Shown: piece after piece, positions 61,501 through 64,000 of the stretch
How positions within the stretch are numbered: position 1 is the first letter of the stretch
Layout of the letters: each line of letters opens with the position of its first letter
NCBI GenBank assembly: GCA_030264375.1
Contig: JASCQW010000098.1
Span: 3,455,471-3,519,470 of the forward strand
Direction: 5' to 3'
DNA length: 64,000 bases
Origin: Carcharhinus longimanus
Taxonomy: Eukaryota
Position numbers and translations under genes: made by a program
Notes under the pieces: model-generated
What the model was told of the DNA's origin: nothing
Seen by the model: the letters and a program-made list of their open reading frames with translations, nothing else
Databases searched by the model: none

Positions 61501-63599
61501 TCTCCTTTAGCAAGGTCAGCCTTCTGTGATTTGAGAAAAAAAAATCCACATTATCATTAACTTGGGAAACTTTTGCCAAAACTTTCCATTAGCCTAAAAG
61601 CCCGCGTTTGTTTTACAGTCGGTAGGATTTGGGGAGGTTATTTTTTCTGCCCCCGTTGCTGCCGTCTCAAACATGGTCCACGGCCCCATTCTCCTTGCTG
61701 ACTCAAGTGTGAGATTTCAGAGTGGAAATACTTCTTGTTAATGGACACACATTCACAAGTTTAGGCATTGTGCCAAAATCTACCAAGCACCCTACCTGGC
61801 CGCACTGCTTACATCTCTTGAATAGGTGGAGAGAGAGGGAGAGAGAGAGGGAGAGTGAGAGAGAGGGAGAGAGAGAGAAAAAAAAGCTGGCATCGTGTTG
61901 TTCTGGGAAACAGATAAAGCCGTGCTCAGGAGCCAAGGTTTAATTTGAATGGTGAAGATTCCTCTCTCTCGGAAGTTGCAGAGTTTGGGGACTCTGGCAG
62001 ATTGTAAGTACATTGCCTCTCCAGGTCTTTTGCTAAGCAGGCGAGAGAGAGAGGCCGGCTAGCGTGCTAAATGCTGGTTCAGGGGCTTTTGTCACAGATG
62101 GTGGAATTGTTGAAAGTGCATTCTATGCTTTTCTTGAAGAAGTTTTCAATNNNNNNNNNNNNNNNNNNNNNNGGTGTAAAAAACACGGGGCTGGTGTCCT
62201 GTTGAATTAGGACCGCTTGAATTGCGGTAAATTTGGGGAGCGATTGATTCCCTCCCAGAAGTCAGGTTCGGGCAGCTGTGACTTCACCTATTAGCCCCGA
62301 TGTCTTTTGGAAGAGATTGTTGGAGTTAAGCATCCGACAATGTGCGCTCTGGGGCGTCTCTCTCCTGACCTTTACCCGTTTTTAATAGTTTCATAGGAAC
62401 TTCATTAAATCAATTACTTAGTGAGCACATCATCATTTATTTGTAATTAGCACTGAAGAGCTTGATTTTTTTTGGACTGCCCAGCGGGATTGATTGGGTA
62501 CCACAAGCAGGTTTGTTTTCCCCTGGACTCGTGGTGTTATCTGAGCGAAACAATAAAAGCGTAAACTTACGTCTTAATGTAACATCGAGTCGGGACAAAC
62601 CAAACCAACTGAAAGCGACAATATTTGTCTTCATTTAGAAGTTCTTTGTTGCCTGTGACTCACTGAGCGTGTTCGTGTGTGGTTTTTCTTGTACAATACA
62701 GTAAGTATGTCTACTTCACTGTACACCATCCCGTTACTTCTGTGCCGGACACGGACAGGTGAAGGAAAGGGAGAGACAGTGGAGGACTGATCTTGTGTGG
62801 TGTTTCAGAAGGCGAGGGAAGCAGGAGGTAGTGAACGCACGAGGTCGCCGCTAGGGCAAGAGGCAGAGTGAGGGGTGGTGTGTGGGGTACGTGTGTGAGG
62901 GGGTTTGTGCTTGGGGAGGTGTGAGGGGAAACAGATAATGTCGAGTTAACGCTGAATGAAAGACGAGTGAGGGCGAGATAGAGAGAATCAGCTCGAGAGG
63001 TAAAGTTTCAGAGTGCACCAAAAATAGGCGTGAAACCGGCTCAATTTTAAACCGACACGCCGACTGAGAAAGGGATGAAATGGGCTATAGTACTAGGCTT
63101 GCACTGAAAAAAATCATCACTGCCCCCCCGCCACTGGGTCCACAGACTCAATAATAAGGATGTTCTGTGAGTCACTGAATTTATTCTCTGTTAATGAAAC
63201 TGTACAATTCATCAGCATCCCAGTCCGGGATGGGTTAGTTGATGTCGGATGAGGGGTCTTGGAGGAGGCTGCTAGCATCGACCTTAGGCTTCCCAAGCCT
63301 TATTGCGACGAGTTAACTGGAAGTGCCTCTCAGCCTCAGCTGTGATGCCACTAGCTGAGGAATAGGCTGCGATGACTATGGATCTCGTTGCCTAGGACTC
63401 TGATCCCCGGTACAAACTGCATGCCCAACAAAAGGGTCATGCCCTCAGTGGACTGGAGGAAACTGTCGAGAAAATAGTAGCAACAACGAGAAAGAGAGAG
63501 AGCGAGGGATGAATAGCCGTGAAGGCAAGAAACTACAAGGAAATGACAGAGAAGCAAGCAAAGACATTGGGTGAATGAATTATTTAATGTGGCGCAGAG

Positions 63600-63870
63600 A
63601 CCCAAGGAACCCAGAAAACCTCAAATCCCAAGCTCAGAATTAGAAAAATGGGATAGAGAGTAACTGGCTACATTGTAGGTCAAAGAAAGAGAATAATCCT
63701 TCAAAGGCTTCCAGAACTGAACAATATTCAGGTCTGCAACTCATGAGGATAAAACAGGTTTGAATCATAAGAAGCAGAGAAAACTTCATGATCCCTCAAA
63801 CCATTCCAACATTCAATAAGATCCTGACTGAATATCAAATCAACTTCACTTTCTTACCCTTTCCTCATAT
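63600..63870. mobile_element. Highly decayed CR1-like remnants
   Basis: GGATAGAGAGTAACTGGCT...AAAGAGA and CATTCAATAAGATCCTGACTGA resemble CR1 pieces elsewhere in the window. Confidence 0.4.
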
Positions 63871-63889
63871 TTTAGAATATCTCTTCCTC

Positions 63890-64000
63890 TCTGTCTAGAG
63901 TATATTCATCTATCAATCTCTGTCCAGACTATATTCATCTATCAATCTCTGTCTAGAAGAGATTCATCTATCGATTTCTGTCTAGAGTATATTCATCTAT
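63890..64000. repeat. 29-bp tandem repeat (TCTGTCTAGAGTATATTCATCTATCAATC), at least 4 units, runs off the window
   Basis: Units start at 63890, 63919, 63948 and 63977. Confidence 0.9.

Noticed and set aside
63890-64000. 29-bp repeat as a CRISPR array
   Set aside because: Head-to-tail tandem units with no spacers.

Overview
Eukaryotic genomic DNA from a cartilaginous fish, most likely a shark (HE1-type SINEs, CR1/HER1 LINEs and Deu-domain SINEs; draft assembly with N gaps). The window holds the conserved vertebrate block PCCA <- ZIC2 <- / -> ZIC5. It contains the first three coding exons and promoter of PCCA (minus strand), a complete 3-exon ZIC2 (minus, 451 aa) and a 2-exon ZIC5 (plus, about 481 aa, with a small gap in exon 1), arranged head-to-head about 11 kb apart. 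The first ~24 kb is dense with decayed SINEs, LINEs and MITEs. The rest is largely transposon-poor, CpG-retaining and full of enhancer-like motif clusters. The most notable unannotated signal is a set of minimal type I hammerhead ribozyme motifs in Penelope-like repeat fragments. Copies differ by compensatory stem changes, one has a U3:A8 core variant, and two lie sense to PCCA intron 1. Hammerheads in Penelope-like elements are a known class, so I cannot claim a new system. Most ORFs in the supplied track are spurious or decayed retroelement fragments. Repeat boundaries are approximate, and all family calls come from recognition, not database searches.
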